This document shows, piece by piece, positions 21,045 to 32,509 of a stretch of 64,000 nt of DNA. Location: assembly GCA_963708295.1 (NCBI GenBank), contig CAVPSJ010000008.1, forward strand, positions 311,432 to 375,431, in the 5' to 3' direction. Position 1 is the stretch's first letter. The number at the start of each line of letters is the position of its first letter. Below the pieces are notes generated by a model that had not been told where the DNA came from, did no database searches, and saw only the letters and a program-made list of their open reading frames with translations. The DNA comes from an uncultured delta proteobacterium (GTDB lineage: Bacteria > Desulfobacterota > BSN033 > UBA1163). The translations under genes were made by a program, and so were the position numbers.

Positions 21045-21944
21045 ATGGATAAAACGGGAGTCTTTTATCCAGGAGAAATGGGAACTGCACTGTCCCGGAA
21101 ACTTGTGCGTGCTGGGTTTGAAGTTTTGTCGTGCGTTTCCGGCAGAAGCGAGAGGACGCGGATAAACGCTGAAAACAGCGGGATTACTCTTAAAAAAAAT
21201 ATCGAGGAAGTCATTGCGGAGAGCGGAATAATATTTTGCCTTGTACCGCCAATTCATGCCGTAGATGTTGCTGAGCAGGTGTCGGACACGATGCGCAAAA
21301 CGAGGAAGTACCCTTTGTATGTTGACTGCAATTCGGTGGGACCGAGTACCATGCGGAAGATAGAATTGGTGATAAGAGGATGTGGTGGTCAGATAATAGA
21401 CGGTGTGTTTATTGGGAGTGCTTCATTGCTTGAATCCAAGACGACCCTTTACTTAAGCGGGGAAAGGGCAGGGGAGCTTGCGCGATTATTGGAGCCTGCG
21501 CTTAAAGTGATTTCCTTGGGAGGAAAGGTGGGTGACGCCGCTGCATTCAAGATGTGTTTTTCAAGTTTCAACAAAGGTCTGGTCGCTCTGTTTCTTGAAA
21601 TTATAAGTGCGGCTGAAAGGGTTGGGAGGAGAGAAATGCTGCTCCATAGCTTGGAGGATTTCTATCCAGGCACTGTCGAAACCATATGCCGTCTTCTTCC
21701 CAGCTATCCGATGCATTGTGAAAGAAGAATCCAAGAAATGGAAGAATTAGTATCATTCTTGCGCGGGTTGGGGCAGGTACCAGCCATGTCAGTTGGCATT
21801 TGTTCCGTTCTTGAATCCCTCAGAGAAATATTTGTGGATCCCATTGAGAAAAAGGGCAAAGGTAGACGCTGGACATTTAATGAAATGCTCGAAATATGTT
21901 CAGCGAGAGGCTTGCTAAGAGACGGTGGGCCAAAGCGATTGTAA
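21045..21944 (+). CDS. NAD(P)-dependent oxidoreductase (6PGD/HIBADH-like with DUF1932-type C-terminus)
   Basis: PGEMG, GRSERT, SLVPP-like CLVPP, YVDCNSV, AAFKMC..FNKG, RRIQEMEE. Confidence 0.8.
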   Translation: MDKTGVFYPGEMGTALSRKLVRAGFEVLSCVSGRSERTRINAENSGITLKKNIEEVIAESGIIFCLVPPIHAVDVAEQVSDTMRKTRKYPLYVDCNSVGPSTMRKIELVIRGCGGQIIDGVFIGSASLLESKTTLYLSGERAGELARLLEPALKVISLGGKVGDAAAFKMCFSSFNKGLVALFLEIISAAERVGRREMLLHSLEDFYPGTVETICRLLPSYPMHCERRIQEMEELVSFLRGLGQVPAMSVGICSVLESLREIFVDPIEKKGKGRRWTFNEMLEICSARGLLRDGGPKRL

Positions 21945-22053
21945 GTTTTAAAAAGTTTGTAATGACCTTAAGGGAAAAACAACTAGCATCGCTATCGCAT
22001 GTAGAATAATTAAATGTCCGCGATTTCACGGAGGCAGAGTCTAAATAGCTAAA

Positions 22054-23520
22054 ATGTCACCTTTCAGGAAATTTATAAAACAGTTTAGTCATTTTTTTAC
22101 TGGAAGCATTTTATCACAATTGTTTTCTTTTGTCACCTTTCCAATTCTCACCCGGGTCTTAACAAAGGAACAGTACGGAATCATGGGATTGGTGACAACC
22201 ACCATGCTTTTTGCGGTTGCTATCGCAAAAGTAGGATTGTCGGATGGGATTATCAGATTCTATAAAGAGTATAGTGGCGCCAATGAGAAGCTCGAAGTAT
22301 TTTCTTCAACAGTTCTGACAAGAACCATTGCTTTATCCGGCCTCACAACTCTGCTCTACGTCATCCTTTTATTGATGGGTCGAGGATACTTAAAGCTGAA
22401 CGGGATATATACTGCGTGCTTTTTGATCATGGCTTTTGACCTATTTATCACACCTCTCAATATTACCGTTATATACTTTTTAAGAGTCACTGACAAAACG
22501 ATATTTATCAACGTTATTAACCTTATAGGAAGAGTCATTACCGCCGGTCTCTCTCTATTCTTCTTATTGTATGTTTTTAAGGCCTTTTATGGATATTTTG
22601 TCGGTATTGTTATAGCCGACGTCATCCTTTCCGCAGTTCTTTTCCTTTGGTTCTTCAAACATTACCGGTGCAATCCAACGAAGGTATCAAAGGAACTGAA
22701 CATCAATTTCATGAAATTCGGGGTTCCGTTACTTCTATCGGAATTATGTTTCTTATTGATGTCGTATGCGGATAGATATCTTATCGTTGGCTATCTGGGA
22801 AAAGAGGCCTTGGGATTGTACTCGGTCGGATACAATGTAGCGATGTACATTGGTAATATTATTATGTTCTCAATATCGTATGCGATCGTCCCAATTTATG
22901 TTGAGATTTATGGGAGAGAGGGAAGGGAAAAAACAGAAGCATTTCTAAAGAAGAGTCTACAGTATATATTCGTAGCTATCATTCCAATATGGTTTGGGTA
23001 TGCGGCCATCTCAAAGGAACTTTTTATCGTTTTCGCCTCGGAAAAATACGCCATGGCGGCGAAGTTTTCTCCACTTATTCTTTTTGCCTACCTTTGTTTG
23101 TGTGTGAATACGATTTTCAACGCGGGTTTATATTTGAAAAAGAGGACGATGGTATCTTTCGGGATAACTTTCTCTGCGATCATTTTAAATATAGGGCTGA
23201 ATTTAATGCTGTTGCGTCGATTCGGAATCACCGCAGCCGCGGTAGTTGCTGTCGCTTCATGCATGATGTCCTTGATTCTAACGATATGGATATCGAATAA
23301 ATTCGTCACCGTGAGGGTCGAACTGAAGAGCTTCATTTACTACTTAGGTGTCTCTGGGTTGATGTATCTGGTTATAAGCGAGATTGGAACCCCCCGAGTT
23401 TGGATGAATTTAGTGCTGAAAATTATTATCGGGGCATTTATTGTTATACTGGCAGTCATTTACAAAGAGTACGAAAATCTAAAAAGCATCATGCATGGGT
23501 ACAAATTAAAAGCAGCGTAA
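22054..23520 (+). CDS. Wzx-type polysaccharide flippase
   Basis: Many hydrophobic segments; PILTRVL..QYG, FGVPL, DRYLI, LGLYSVGY. Confidence 0.9.
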   Translation: MSPFRKFIKQFSHFFTGSILSQLFSFVTFPILTRVLTKEQYGIMGLVTTTMLFAVAIAKVGLSDGIIRFYKEYSGANEKLEVFSSTVLTRTIALSGLTTLLYVILLLMGRGYLKLNGIYTACFLIMAFDLFITPLNITVIYFLRVTDKTIFINVINLIGRVITAGLSLFFLLYVFKAFYGYFVGIVIADVILSAVLFLWFFKHYRCNPTKVSKELNINFMKFGVPLLLSELCFLLMSYADRYLIVGYLGKEALGLYSVGYNVAMYIGNIIMFSISYAIVPIYVEIYGREGREKTEAFLKKSLQYIFVAIIPIWFGYAAISKELFIVFASEKYAMAAKFSPLILFAYLCLCVNTIFNAGLYLKKRTMVSFGITFSAIILNIGLNLMLLRRFGITAAAVVAVASCMMSLILTIWISNKFVTVRVELKSFIYYLGVSGLMYLVISEIGTPRVWMNLVLKIIIGAFIVILAVIYKEYENLKSIMHGYKLKAA

Positions 23521-23636
23521 GATGGGGTTTGTATTTCGGTTGGAAGGATGAAGGGAAGGCGGAAGAGGGAATAGATTATGGGTAAAAGCGAGATTACTCT
23601 CGGATTGATTATTTAGGTCAACGGAGATTAACAAAA

Positions 23637-24959
23637 ATGGGTCTCGGTATATTACAGTTTATTCGACTCATATCCATACCAATACTATATTTTGGCGGGA
23701 TGATAACGGCGATTGTTAGCATTTTTAGGAGGGCTGAATGGGGTCTTCTCCTGATGGTTGCTTTGATTCCACAGCCTAATATCTTTTATAAGCTTTATCC
23801 TTTTCCCTTGGGAAAGGATTTCTTAGATATTTTGTTTATTGCTGTCGGGATCGGTATATTTGTTAACAAAGGGGGTTTTGAAAGAAAGGGAAATTCAGTA
23901 CTGATCGTCATCATCATTTTGATGAGCTATTTTGCACTCTGGAATAGCAGTAGGAATTTTTCTCTCCCCCTACCCATTTCTTATAGCAATCCGATGATCA
24001 GGGCATGGAAGGGTTACGCTTTTATGGCGGGCATGTATCTGTTGACTTTCAACGCAGTGAAGGAGGGCGAGAATCATCGCAAAATCCTGGCTGTTCTCAT
24101 GGCCCTGGTGATTTTATTTATTTCAGTCAGAAGCTTCCGGAGTTATACAGCGGGTGCGTCCTTTATCGAAGATAGTCGCGATGTAGGTCCTTTCTGGATC
24201 GTTGGTTTAGGATCGAATCACTTTGGTGCTTTCATTGCCCATTGTTCGGCGTTTCTTTTGGGCATGTTCCTGTTGGATGACAATCGATGGCGTAAGATCT
24301 TATTTGTGCTGGCGGTCTTATTCAGTCTCCATTCACTTTTCTTTTCCTATTCAAGGGGCGCATACGCAGCTGCGCTCGGTGTTTTAGTCTTCTTTGGGTT
24401 GGTGAAAAAGAGGAGCCTATTGATTTTGGTTTTTGCCCTGGCCATCACATGGCAGACCCTCTTGCCGTCATCGGTTGTCGAGCGGATTAGTATGACGAAA
24501 GGTGAGGGGGGACAGATAGAGGAATCGGCTGCTATCAGATTGGACTTGTGGGATCATGCGTTAAAGCTGTTTAAGGAACACCCGGTTATAGGGATTGGGT
24601 TTGGTGGGTTTGAATATACCATGCCGGAGGGAGTGCGTTGGAAAGATACGCACAACTATTATTTGAAGATGTTGTCTGAGCAGGGGATTGTCGGATTTGG
24701 GTTGCTCCTCATTACTTTGTTTATGGCTTTCCGGAGCGGTTGGAAACTGTCGAAGGGGGGTAAAAACGGGTTTGAGAAAGGGCTGGGCCTTGGGTTTATG
24801 GGGTGTGTCGTCGCATGCGTAATCACGAACTTGTTTGGGGATCGCTGGTCGTATTACGAGATGGGAAGCTATTTCTGGGTTTTTTGGGGTTTAGTAGATA
24901 GGTCGATTTTGACCTGTGATCTTCCGGCGAATGCTCGCGAGAAGGACACTGAACACTAA
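23637..24959 (+). CDS. O-antigen ligase / Wzy polymerase family membrane protein
   Basis: Multi-TM; SYSRGA, RLDLW, PVIGIGFGGF, THNYYL..EQGIVG. Confidence 0.88.
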   Translation: MGLGILQFIRLISIPILYFGGMITAIVSIFRRAEWGLLLMVALIPQPNIFYKLYPFPLGKDFLDILFIAVGIGIFVNKGGFERKGNSVLIVIIILMSYFALWNSSRNFSLPLPISYSNPMIRAWKGYAFMAGMYLLTFNAVKEGENHRKILAVLMALVILFISVRSFRSYTAGASFIEDSRDVGPFWIVGLGSNHFGAFIAHCSAFLLGMFLLDDNRWRKILFVLAVLFSLHSLFFSYSRGAYAAALGVLVFFGLVKKRSLLILVFALAITWQTLLPSSVVERISMTKGEGGQIEESAAIRLDLWDHALKLFKEHPVIGIGFGGFEYTMPEGVRWKDTHNYYLKMLSEQGIVGFGLLLITLFMAFRSGWKLSKGGKNGFEKGLGLGFMGCVVACVITNLFGDRWSYYEMGSYFWVFWGLVDRSILTCDLPANAREKDTEH

Positions 24960-25295
24960 GGGACTCGGCTTGTCGAAATGAGGGGATCTCATTCAAGTTA
25001 CAGGATCAACTGTCCGATGGACCCAAGAGTGATCGTGTTGTATTGGACCTCTGTCGATGGGTCGGAGGTAGTCTCTCGGGTGATATTATACGCCTGGCTT
25101 CCGCAGATGCCGGCAGTGCAGGCCTCCGGGGAGGGAAAGCCTTCCTTTGCTTACGGTCAATTGCTCGACATTTCGGATGGAGTTTACGGCACTGTAAGAG
25201 AAAAGCAGTAAATAGACAATGGGGAGTGCCTTTTTAATTTAAGCCCACCCCGCTCTTTTTGATGTCCGGCACGCCATTGGATTTATCAGAAAAAA

Positions 25296-26099
25296 GTGAA
25301 AACACAATTTCCTAATATCGCCATCCTCTTATACCACGAAGTTACTGATCTTCCTGAAAGGGCAAAGAAAATAAGAATAATGGGTCCTGCCGACTCCCTC
25401 ATCGCTGAGCAATTTGAAGAGCAAATGGCATTGCTATCTGAAAGAGCAAATACGAGAGTAGTGACAGCCGACGATATTTTAAATAGGGCAGAGAACAACG
25501 TGAGGAAAATAGTCCTTACTTTTGACGATGGATTCATCGGTAACTATTTGTTTGCTTTCGACATCCTGGAAAGATATGGATTCAAAGCAACGTTTTTCAT
25601 TATGGTCGATAATATTTCGAAAGAGAGATTCATGAGTTGGGAGCAGCTATCCATCCTGAATAAGAATGGCCATTCGATCCAGTCGCATACGATGACCCAT
25701 CCGATGCTTGGGGAATGCGAGGAAAAGCGGATTACCTACGAACTTGAGACGTCAAAAAAGATCATTGAAGACAAAATAGGATCCCCGGTAAAATATTTAA
25801 GTCTCCCTTATGGCAGTTTGAATGAAAGGGTGATCAAAATTGCGAAAGAGGTGGGTTACAAAGCCATGTTTACTTCTTCCAGCATTATTAGAGATTGGAA
25901 CGGGGAATTCTACCAATTGGGCAGAGCACAGGTTAAGGACACGTATACGCTGAAGAAATTTGTGCGATTAATCGATCCAAATCCAGTAGACGTTTTACTT
26001 AGCCGGACGAAGGAGGCCTTAAAGAGACGGATCAAGGAAATCATCGGCCTAGATAACTATCGAAAACTATACCGATTGGTGTATCGGATTGAACTCTGA
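25296..26099 (+). CDS. Polysaccharide deacetylase (CE4)
   Basis: LLYHEV, LTFDDG, QSHTMTH, SLPYG. Confidence 0.9.
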   Translation: MKTQFPNIAILLYHEVTDLPERAKKIRIMGPADSLIAEQFEEQMALLSERANTRVVTADDILNRAENNVRKIVLTFDDGFIGNYLFAFDILERYGFKATFFIMVDNISKERFMSWEQLSILNKNGHSIQSHTMTHPMLGECEEKRITYELETSKKIIEDKIGSPVKYLSLPYGSLNERVIKIAKEVGYKAMFTSSSIIRDWNGEFYQLGRAQVKDTYTLKKFVRLIDPNPVDVLLSRTKEALKRRIKEIIGLDNYRKLYRLVYRIEL

Positions 26100-26109
26100 T
26101 TGATGAATC

Positions 26110-27310
26110 ATGAACATATTATTTTTATCGACTGAAAACCCATATCCTCCGGATGGGGGCCATCATTTACGGACCTATAACATCCTGAAGATTCTTGCAA
26201 ACCGACACAAAATCTATTTTGTGGGCTTCGCGCAGGATGAAAGCGAATTTAAATATATCCCGGAGATCAAAAAGTTCTGCGAGACGGTCGATATTTATAA
26301 AGTGAGTAAGACAGGGTACAGCAAGAGCTTTTTCCGCCTTGCCTGTAAAAATCTATTTTTAAGATACCCATTAGTGGCGCAAAGATATTTTATTGAGGAG
26401 GCTCGGGAGAGAATTGATCAGATATTAGTCCGTCATTCGATCGACTTGGTCCATATGGATATGTTGGCGTTGGGGTTGTATAGGGGACTTTTGAAAGATA
26501 CCCCTGTGGTCCTAACAAATCACAATGTTGAATCTCTGAGGCTTTATCGATGGATAGAGATAGAGAAAAACCTCCTGCTCAAAAGTTTCTTATTCACCCA
26601 ATACTTAAAACTCAAAGCGTTTGAGAAAAGAATGTGTCGAGTATTTAATCTGTGTATCGTCGTTTCCGATTATGATAAAAGTTATTTGAATCATCTTTGC
26701 GGCATGGACAATTTTACAGTGGTTCCTAATGGAGTGGATATACATTATTTTAAGCCTGAATCTGGTGAGGTGAGGAGAAATCATCTGGTATGGGTCGGTG
26801 GAATGACGGGTCCATACAACTCCGATGCTGTTGACTTTTTTATAGAAAAAATATGGCCTGTGATTAAATACGAGGTTCCAGAGGCGACGATCGATTTTGC
26901 GGGCGGCGGGCCAACCCAGAAGCTCAGAAGCAAGGCTTCGGAGGATAAAAGCGTACAAGTGTTAGGTTTTGTGCCTGACATCAGGCCGATTGTGCAGCGG
27001 GGTTCGGTTTTCGTTGCTCCTATCAGAACCGGCAGCGGAACGAAAATAAAAGTATTAAATGCTATGGCTCAAGCGAAACCCGTCGTTGCAACCACGGTTG
27101 CAGCGGAAGGGATTGATGTGGCTCCGGGAGAGAATATTCTAATTGCAGATGCTCCGGAGGAGTTTGCAAAGAAAGTAGTTGTACCTTTTAAGGAATGAGG
27201 AGATTGCAAAGAAAATGGGGGAGAAGGCAAGAGAGCTGATCGAAAGAAAATACAGCTGGGACTTAATCGCCGAGAATATCCATCGAGTATACGAGGATTG
27301 TAAGAAATAA
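26110..27310 (+). CDS. GT4 glycosyltransferase, one apparent insertion at ~27180
   Basis: PYPPDGG, HNVES, VPNGVD, GSGTKIKVLNAMA; the shifted frame supplies the typical tail ARELIERKYSWD and a stop at 27310. Confidence 0.88.
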
Positions 27311-27326
27311 ACGTGGAGGGTAAATA

Positions 27327-28595
27327 ATGGTATTCCGGCAAATGTTTCTTTTCGTGACTATGCTCATTTGTTTTGTAAATTTAGCCGCGGCAAGACAGAT
27401 CTACGTTACACCGAGCGGGGGCCGGTCGAACGGGAGCGGAACCATCGACGATCCTCTCGATACCTTGGGACATGCGCTGGAGCAAGGGCGACCCGGAGAC
27501 ACGATTGTCCTGCGGGGAGGAGTCCATCAAGCAGGGGACATCTGGTATACCGGGCAGGGGGGACAGGCGGGCGCATTTCTCGCCATCGATCGATACCAAG
27601 ATGAACAGGCTATTGTCAGGGGCAGAAGACTCGTTGTCGAATCGCAATATCTGCGGATCCAGAACATAGAATTCCACGATTTTGTAATCACCGTTCGCCA
27701 TCAAGAAAAAAATAATTGGAGGTATAGCCATCATATAGAAATACTGAACAATAAATTCTCGACTTCACGTGTGGCTATTTACTTTTGTTGTAATGACGGG
27801 ATCATCCAGGGAAATACCTTCGACCCAGCCTCCTATGCCATTTATCTTATGCATGGCAACGGCAATGTCATTCGTGGAAATGATATCAGGAATACCTCCA
27901 AGTATTCGGTTCATATCTATGACGAAGACAAATATAGCTCAACAGGAGAACCCCATCCCAAAATAACAAATTTGTTGGTTGAGAACAATGTCATCGATGC
28001 CTCACAAAGTCGATCTGGAATTGTCATCTCTGGAGGGGACTATTCTAAACCACCGATAGAGATAAACGGTGTGTTGATTAGAAACAATGTAATTTCGGGA
28101 AATGCAACGGGTGGAATTACTCTCCAGGGCGATGGCTGGATCAAGAATATCGAGATTTATAATAATACGCTTTACGGAAACCCGGGAGGGGGGATTTGGA
28201 TTAGCCCGGATAAACAAGCCCAAAACGTTGCGATTATTAATAATATATTATCGGATAATGGATCGTCTCACCTATCTGCCAATGGTAAAGTGACTCATCT
28301 TGTTGTCAGAAGAAATTTGTACTGGGGTCCAGCATCTGTCGGATCGGGTGTCAATGATTCGTCTCCTGTGGTGGGTAACCCACTTTTTGAAAATGCGGTT
28401 GCTGGCGACTTTCGCTTGACAGACGGCAGTGTCGCAATTGACAAGGGTGAGTCTCTGGCGAAAGTGACTAACGACAGAGACGGAAAAAAAAGACCCATTG
28501 GATCAGCGTACGATATTGGAGCTTATGAGTATGGGCTGGGGAATACGACTGCTCTGACACTGCCAAAGAGCTTCGTATTCTGGAATAAAATGTGA
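27327..28595 (+). CDS. Secreted right-handed beta-helix protein (pectate-lyase-like)
   Basis: Signal peptide; YVTPSG..GT..DPL, PGDTIVLRGG, Asn-rich parallel beta repeats, DFRL..GS.AIDKG..DIGAYE tail. Confidence 0.8.
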   Translation: MVFRQMFLFVTMLICFVNLAAARQIYVTPSGGRSNGSGTIDDPLDTLGHALEQGRPGDTIVLRGGVHQAGDIWYTGQGGQAGAFLAIDRYQDEQAIVRGRRLVVESQYLRIQNIEFHDFVITVRHQEKNNWRYSHHIEILNNKFSTSRVAIYFCCNDGIIQGNTFDPASYAIYLMHGNGNVIRGNDIRNTSKYSVHIYDEDKYSSTGEPHPKITNLLVENNVIDASQSRSGIVISGGDYSKPPIEINGVLIRNNVISGNATGGITLQGDGWIKNIEIYNNTLYGNPGGGIWISPDKQAQNVAIINNILSDNGSSHLSANGKVTHLVVRRNLYWGPASVGSGVNDSSPVVGNPLFENAVAGDFRLTDGSVAIDKGESLAKVTNDRDGKKRPIGSAYDIGAYEYGLGNTTALTLPKSFVFWNKM

Positions 28596-28634
28596 AGAAA
28601 TATCAGGACTTAGAATAGAAAGAATTTAGGGGCT

Positions 28635-30801
28635 ATGAACAGGGGGGGGTCTTTTCTCATATCAATAATGGTGCTGAGTCTATTTTCAGCCTCATTTGAA
28701 CCTAAAGTCACTGCAGCCCGGGAATTTTCGTCCACAGGAGATTACTCATCCGAAATAGAAAAGCAGATTCGCTCCGGAAAGACGACGACGGCAAATCTAA
28801 TTGTCAACGGGCATCCTCGAATCTGGTTACGCGGCTGCTCGGGATTTGGATAAAAACAATGTAGGCTCTTTTGCGTGGAGAATTGTCCATGGCCACGGTT
28901 GTGCCAAAAGGGATGCATCCTGTGATGAAATGAAACACCCATTCTATGGTATATCAAATGCTGCTGACACTTATATGTACGGCGAAGTACAAAATGCTAC
29001 GTACGGTAGAAGGTATTTATGGTCCATTTTGGCGGCAGAAGGGATTGCCCGCAGGAGTGTATGGAACCTGCCGTTCCACCTCCCCGATACAACCGGGACT
29101 TATGACCCAAGGCACACCCAAGACCAGCTGCTGGCTGATGCAAGGGCTAAACTATTGAGATGGGTTGATGAGTGGGACGGGTATGTTGGGGCACATACTG
29201 CCTTACATGGGGCGGCGGGATATGACTGGCTTGTAGACAGGAAGTATTCAGACGGTATGACCCCGGTTCTGTCGGACAGTGACAGAGTGAATATACAGAA
29301 CAGGCTAATCACCTTGGCGGAAAAGATGAAAGCGGATTGCAAAGGTCAAGGACAATTACTCGGCAGAGCGGACCAAATTTATAAGTACTTTTATCCGGTG
29401 ATAGGAATGGCACTTTATGAGCCCGATGGAAAAGGGATAAGTCCTGAAAATAATTCTAAGGCTAAGGAATATCTGAATGATTTTGATTTTTACTGGGTTG
29501 GCAAGATACTTCCTGCAATAAACGAACAGGGGGGGACAGGAGGCTGGCACGGCGGGCTTTGTTCTATTTACGGAGAGTATCCAGCATGGGGGTATTATGG
29601 TGAAGCAACGCAGAAAGATACACTTCCTTACAGGGTGGCGCCATTTCTCTATGCTCACTATACCGCTACCGGACAAAGCTTTGCAGATTCAGTCTATGAT
29701 ACGGGTTTCCTAAAATATGCAGGGGAATTCTGGAATTATATGATATATCCCGACGGTCACTATGTTCCTATTGGACCTCAAAGGAGCGAGGAGAGCAGAT
29801 ATACCTGGATCGGTCCTCTTTTTTTCCATGCCCGCAGAAGATTTTCGTCGGAAAATTACGATAAATGGGTAGGGGAGCTGATTGGTTGGGTAAGGAATGA
29901 GAAGGCTCCGAGTGCTTTTGTAAACGGGGGCTCTTATGACCTGTTTGATCAGCTCATGTTTGCAGAAAGATATCCAAGTCCAAAAACACCGGAACAATTG
30001 GGATGCGGTACACGTCATTTTGCAAAGCTTGGGTGGGTAGCAATGCGTTCAGGTTTCACCTCTGGAAATGATTTGGCAGCACTTTTCATTTGTCAACGGT
30101 ATCACTGGAGCGACCTGAATCCTTATGCCCAGAACTCCTTCCATATTATGCGTAGGGGATGGTTAATCAAAGGAAACAATAATACGATTTACATAGACGG
30201 GCAATACCAGCGATCCATGAGTGGTTACCCAACAGTGGCACAGGGTGCAGATGCCTACTCCCCTGAATCAAAGTACGACGTTGGTCCAGGCATTCAGGCC
30301 TTTGAAAGTAATAGGACTTATGACTATATAAAAGGGGATGCCACCAAAGCGTATGATTATGCTAAACTGAAAAAATATACCAGACAATTAGTTTATCTTA
30401 AACCAAACATCTTTATTATCTTTGATAATGTCATCACCACCAACCCTGATATTGAAAAAAAGTGGGTTATTGTTCCTGCTGCTGCACCTACTGACTTGGG
30501 CAACAACGTCCTTAAAATTACAAATGGCGATGGAGCCCTGTGGATCAAAAGATTTCTTCCACTCAGCGTCTCTGTCGATTTATCTGCCAGCCAGATTGCA
30601 GTCATCCCCACCCAAAAGGCCGCGCAGACTTTTTTTCTCCACGTCATGCAAGCGGTTGATTCAAATAAGGGCGGCAAACAGGTGATAGCAAATGATGCGA
30701 CAGTGGTTGCGGAAGGCGATGGGTTTCTCGTCAATGTAGGCAGTTACAAAATGCGTTTCGGTAAGGATGGAGGATTTGAATGGATGGGTGGCCATCCTTA
30801 A
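28635..30801 (+). CDS. Secreted heparinase II/III-like lyase, apparent insertion at ~28840
   Basis: Signal peptide and HPRIWL in the first frame; AAGYDWL, GWVAMRSG, QNSFHI, GDATKAY, YTRQLVYL..FIIFD in the second. Confidence 0.7.
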
Positions 30802-31020
30802 TCGCCCCCTGATCCATCCATTGGCTGGACAACCATCCCTCCGATATTGTCCTTCAAAAGCTACCCATTCTTGAAAAAAGCCAGGTTGGAGATAATCCGA
30901 TAAGATTTGGGGAGGACGGTTCAACCCGCAGAATGTGATAGGTGACGGGAGCGATCCGGAAGATTCACAATGTCTTCGGCTGAACGTTTATTCTCTTAAT
31001 GAAAATTGATTCTTTAATAT

Positions 31021-32346
31021 ATGAATGAGTGGTTCGCAAAAAATATTATCTATCGTTCGATACAATCCATCCGACGTGAAAACGTCCTAAAATACCTGTC
31101 GAATATCCGTGACATTCCACGAAATTCGCAGGCTGAGATTTGCAATACTCAAATGGGGAAATTAGTCAAAACATTAGGAAATGCTTATGCAAACATACCG
31201 TACTATCGAGAGTTATTCGACCACTGCGGTATCGTTGTAGATGAACTAAAGCTGCCTAAGGATTTCTCGAAGATACCCGTACTAACCAAGGAAGTGTTTA
31301 GGCAAGATCCCGCTCTCTTCATCAATAAAAATTATAATGGACCCGTAAGCAATGAGGTCACCAGCGGAACGGTAGGGAAACCGCTGGTCATCCCGATTGA
31401 CAGATCTAAAAGCGCTTTCATAAGGGCGGTGATGTACAGGAACTACGGATGGTACGATATCGACGTTGGAGATAAACAAGCAAGATTTTGGGGAATTCCT
31501 TCAGCACCCAAATTACATTTAAGAGAGTCACTGAAGGATCTTTGTGCAAATCGGATCAGATTGTCGGCATTTAACATTAGTGATAATGCCTTTAGCCAGT
31601 TTGTCAATAAATTACGAAAATTCAAGCCGAAATACTTCTATGGTTATCCTTCTTTGTTGTACAAATTTTCTCAATGGCTTTCGGATAACCAAATGACGAT
31701 GAAGGGCTTGAACTTATCTACTATCATTTGCACCGGAGAAGTACTCTATGATTTTCAAAGGAAAGGAATGGAAAGTACTTTTCAGTGCAACGTCGTGAAT
31801 GAATATGGTACAACCGAAACTGGGATCATTGCTTTTGAGTGCCAGGATGGAAATCTTCACATTAACAGCGATCATGTTTATTTGGAAAGCATCAAGTCAG
31901 AAGAGTTTGCCGACGCGGGTTCATTAGTCGTTACAGAGTTGAATAATTTTTATAATCCCCTGATTCGCTATCAGCTGGGTGATCTCGGAAGCATTTCAGA
32001 GGATTCATGCAAGTGCGGGATCGGATTCCCTATTTTGAAGAATCTGACTGGGAGGGAAGGCAACTTTATTGTTACGCCGACGAATCAATATATTTTTTCT
32101 GCTATTCTCTCTTACACTTTTAAGGATGGAATAAAACAGTTTCAAGGAATTCAAAATAAAAAGGACGAGCTCATCATCAAAATCGTCAGGGATAAAAAGG
32201 TGACTGAAGAGATGCTCATGAATTACAAAAAGACATTATCTAACGCTCTTGGAGAGCAGATGAGGATTATTTTTGATTATGTGCCCCACATCGAAGCTGA
32301 AAGGTCGGGTAAATTAAGATATTTTATTTCGAATTTAAAGGCATAA
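31021..32346 (+). CDS. CapK / phenylacetate-CoA-ligase-like adenylate-forming enzyme
   Basis: IPYYR, IPVLTK, TSGTVG, YGYPS, EYGTTE, PLIRYQLGD, SGKLRY. Confidence 0.85.
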   Translation: MNEWFAKNIIYRSIQSIRRENVLKYLSNIRDIPRNSQAEICNTQMGKLVKTLGNAYANIPYYRELFDHCGIVVDELKLPKDFSKIPVLTKEVFRQDPALFINKNYNGPVSNEVTSGTVGKPLVIPIDRSKSAFIRAVMYRNYGWYDIDVGDKQARFWGIPSAPKLHLRESLKDLCANRIRLSAFNISDNAFSQFVNKLRKFKPKYFYGYPSLLYKFSQWLSDNQMTMKGLNLSTIICTGEVLYDFQRKGMESTFQCNVVNEYGTTETGIIAFECQDGNLHINSDHVYLESIKSEEFADAGSLVVTELNNFYNPLIRYQLGDLGSISEDSCKCGIGFPILKNLTGREGNFIVTPTNQYIFSAILSYTFKDGIKQFQGIQNKKDELIIKIVRDKKVTEEMLMNYKKTLSNALGEQMRIIFDYVPHIEAERSGKLRYFISNLKA

Positions 32347-32509
32347 GCGACAGATGGGGATGATTAAGAGAAGTATAAAAGGGAAGAATTGGAGCGAACC
32401 ATTCTAGAAGAATGTATCGCCTTGTAGAAAACGTGGCGGCGTGAGGGCTTAAAAGCTAAATATTTTTCCTGACTCCCCGGCTCTGTCATTTAGGGGAAGA
32501 GGTGAACTG

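Noticed and set aside
7112-21944. Stand-alone NRPS/PKS or RiPP cluster
   Set aside because: No condensation, ketosynthase or thioesterase domains and no convincing precursor peptide; the genes are interleaved with polysaccharide genes
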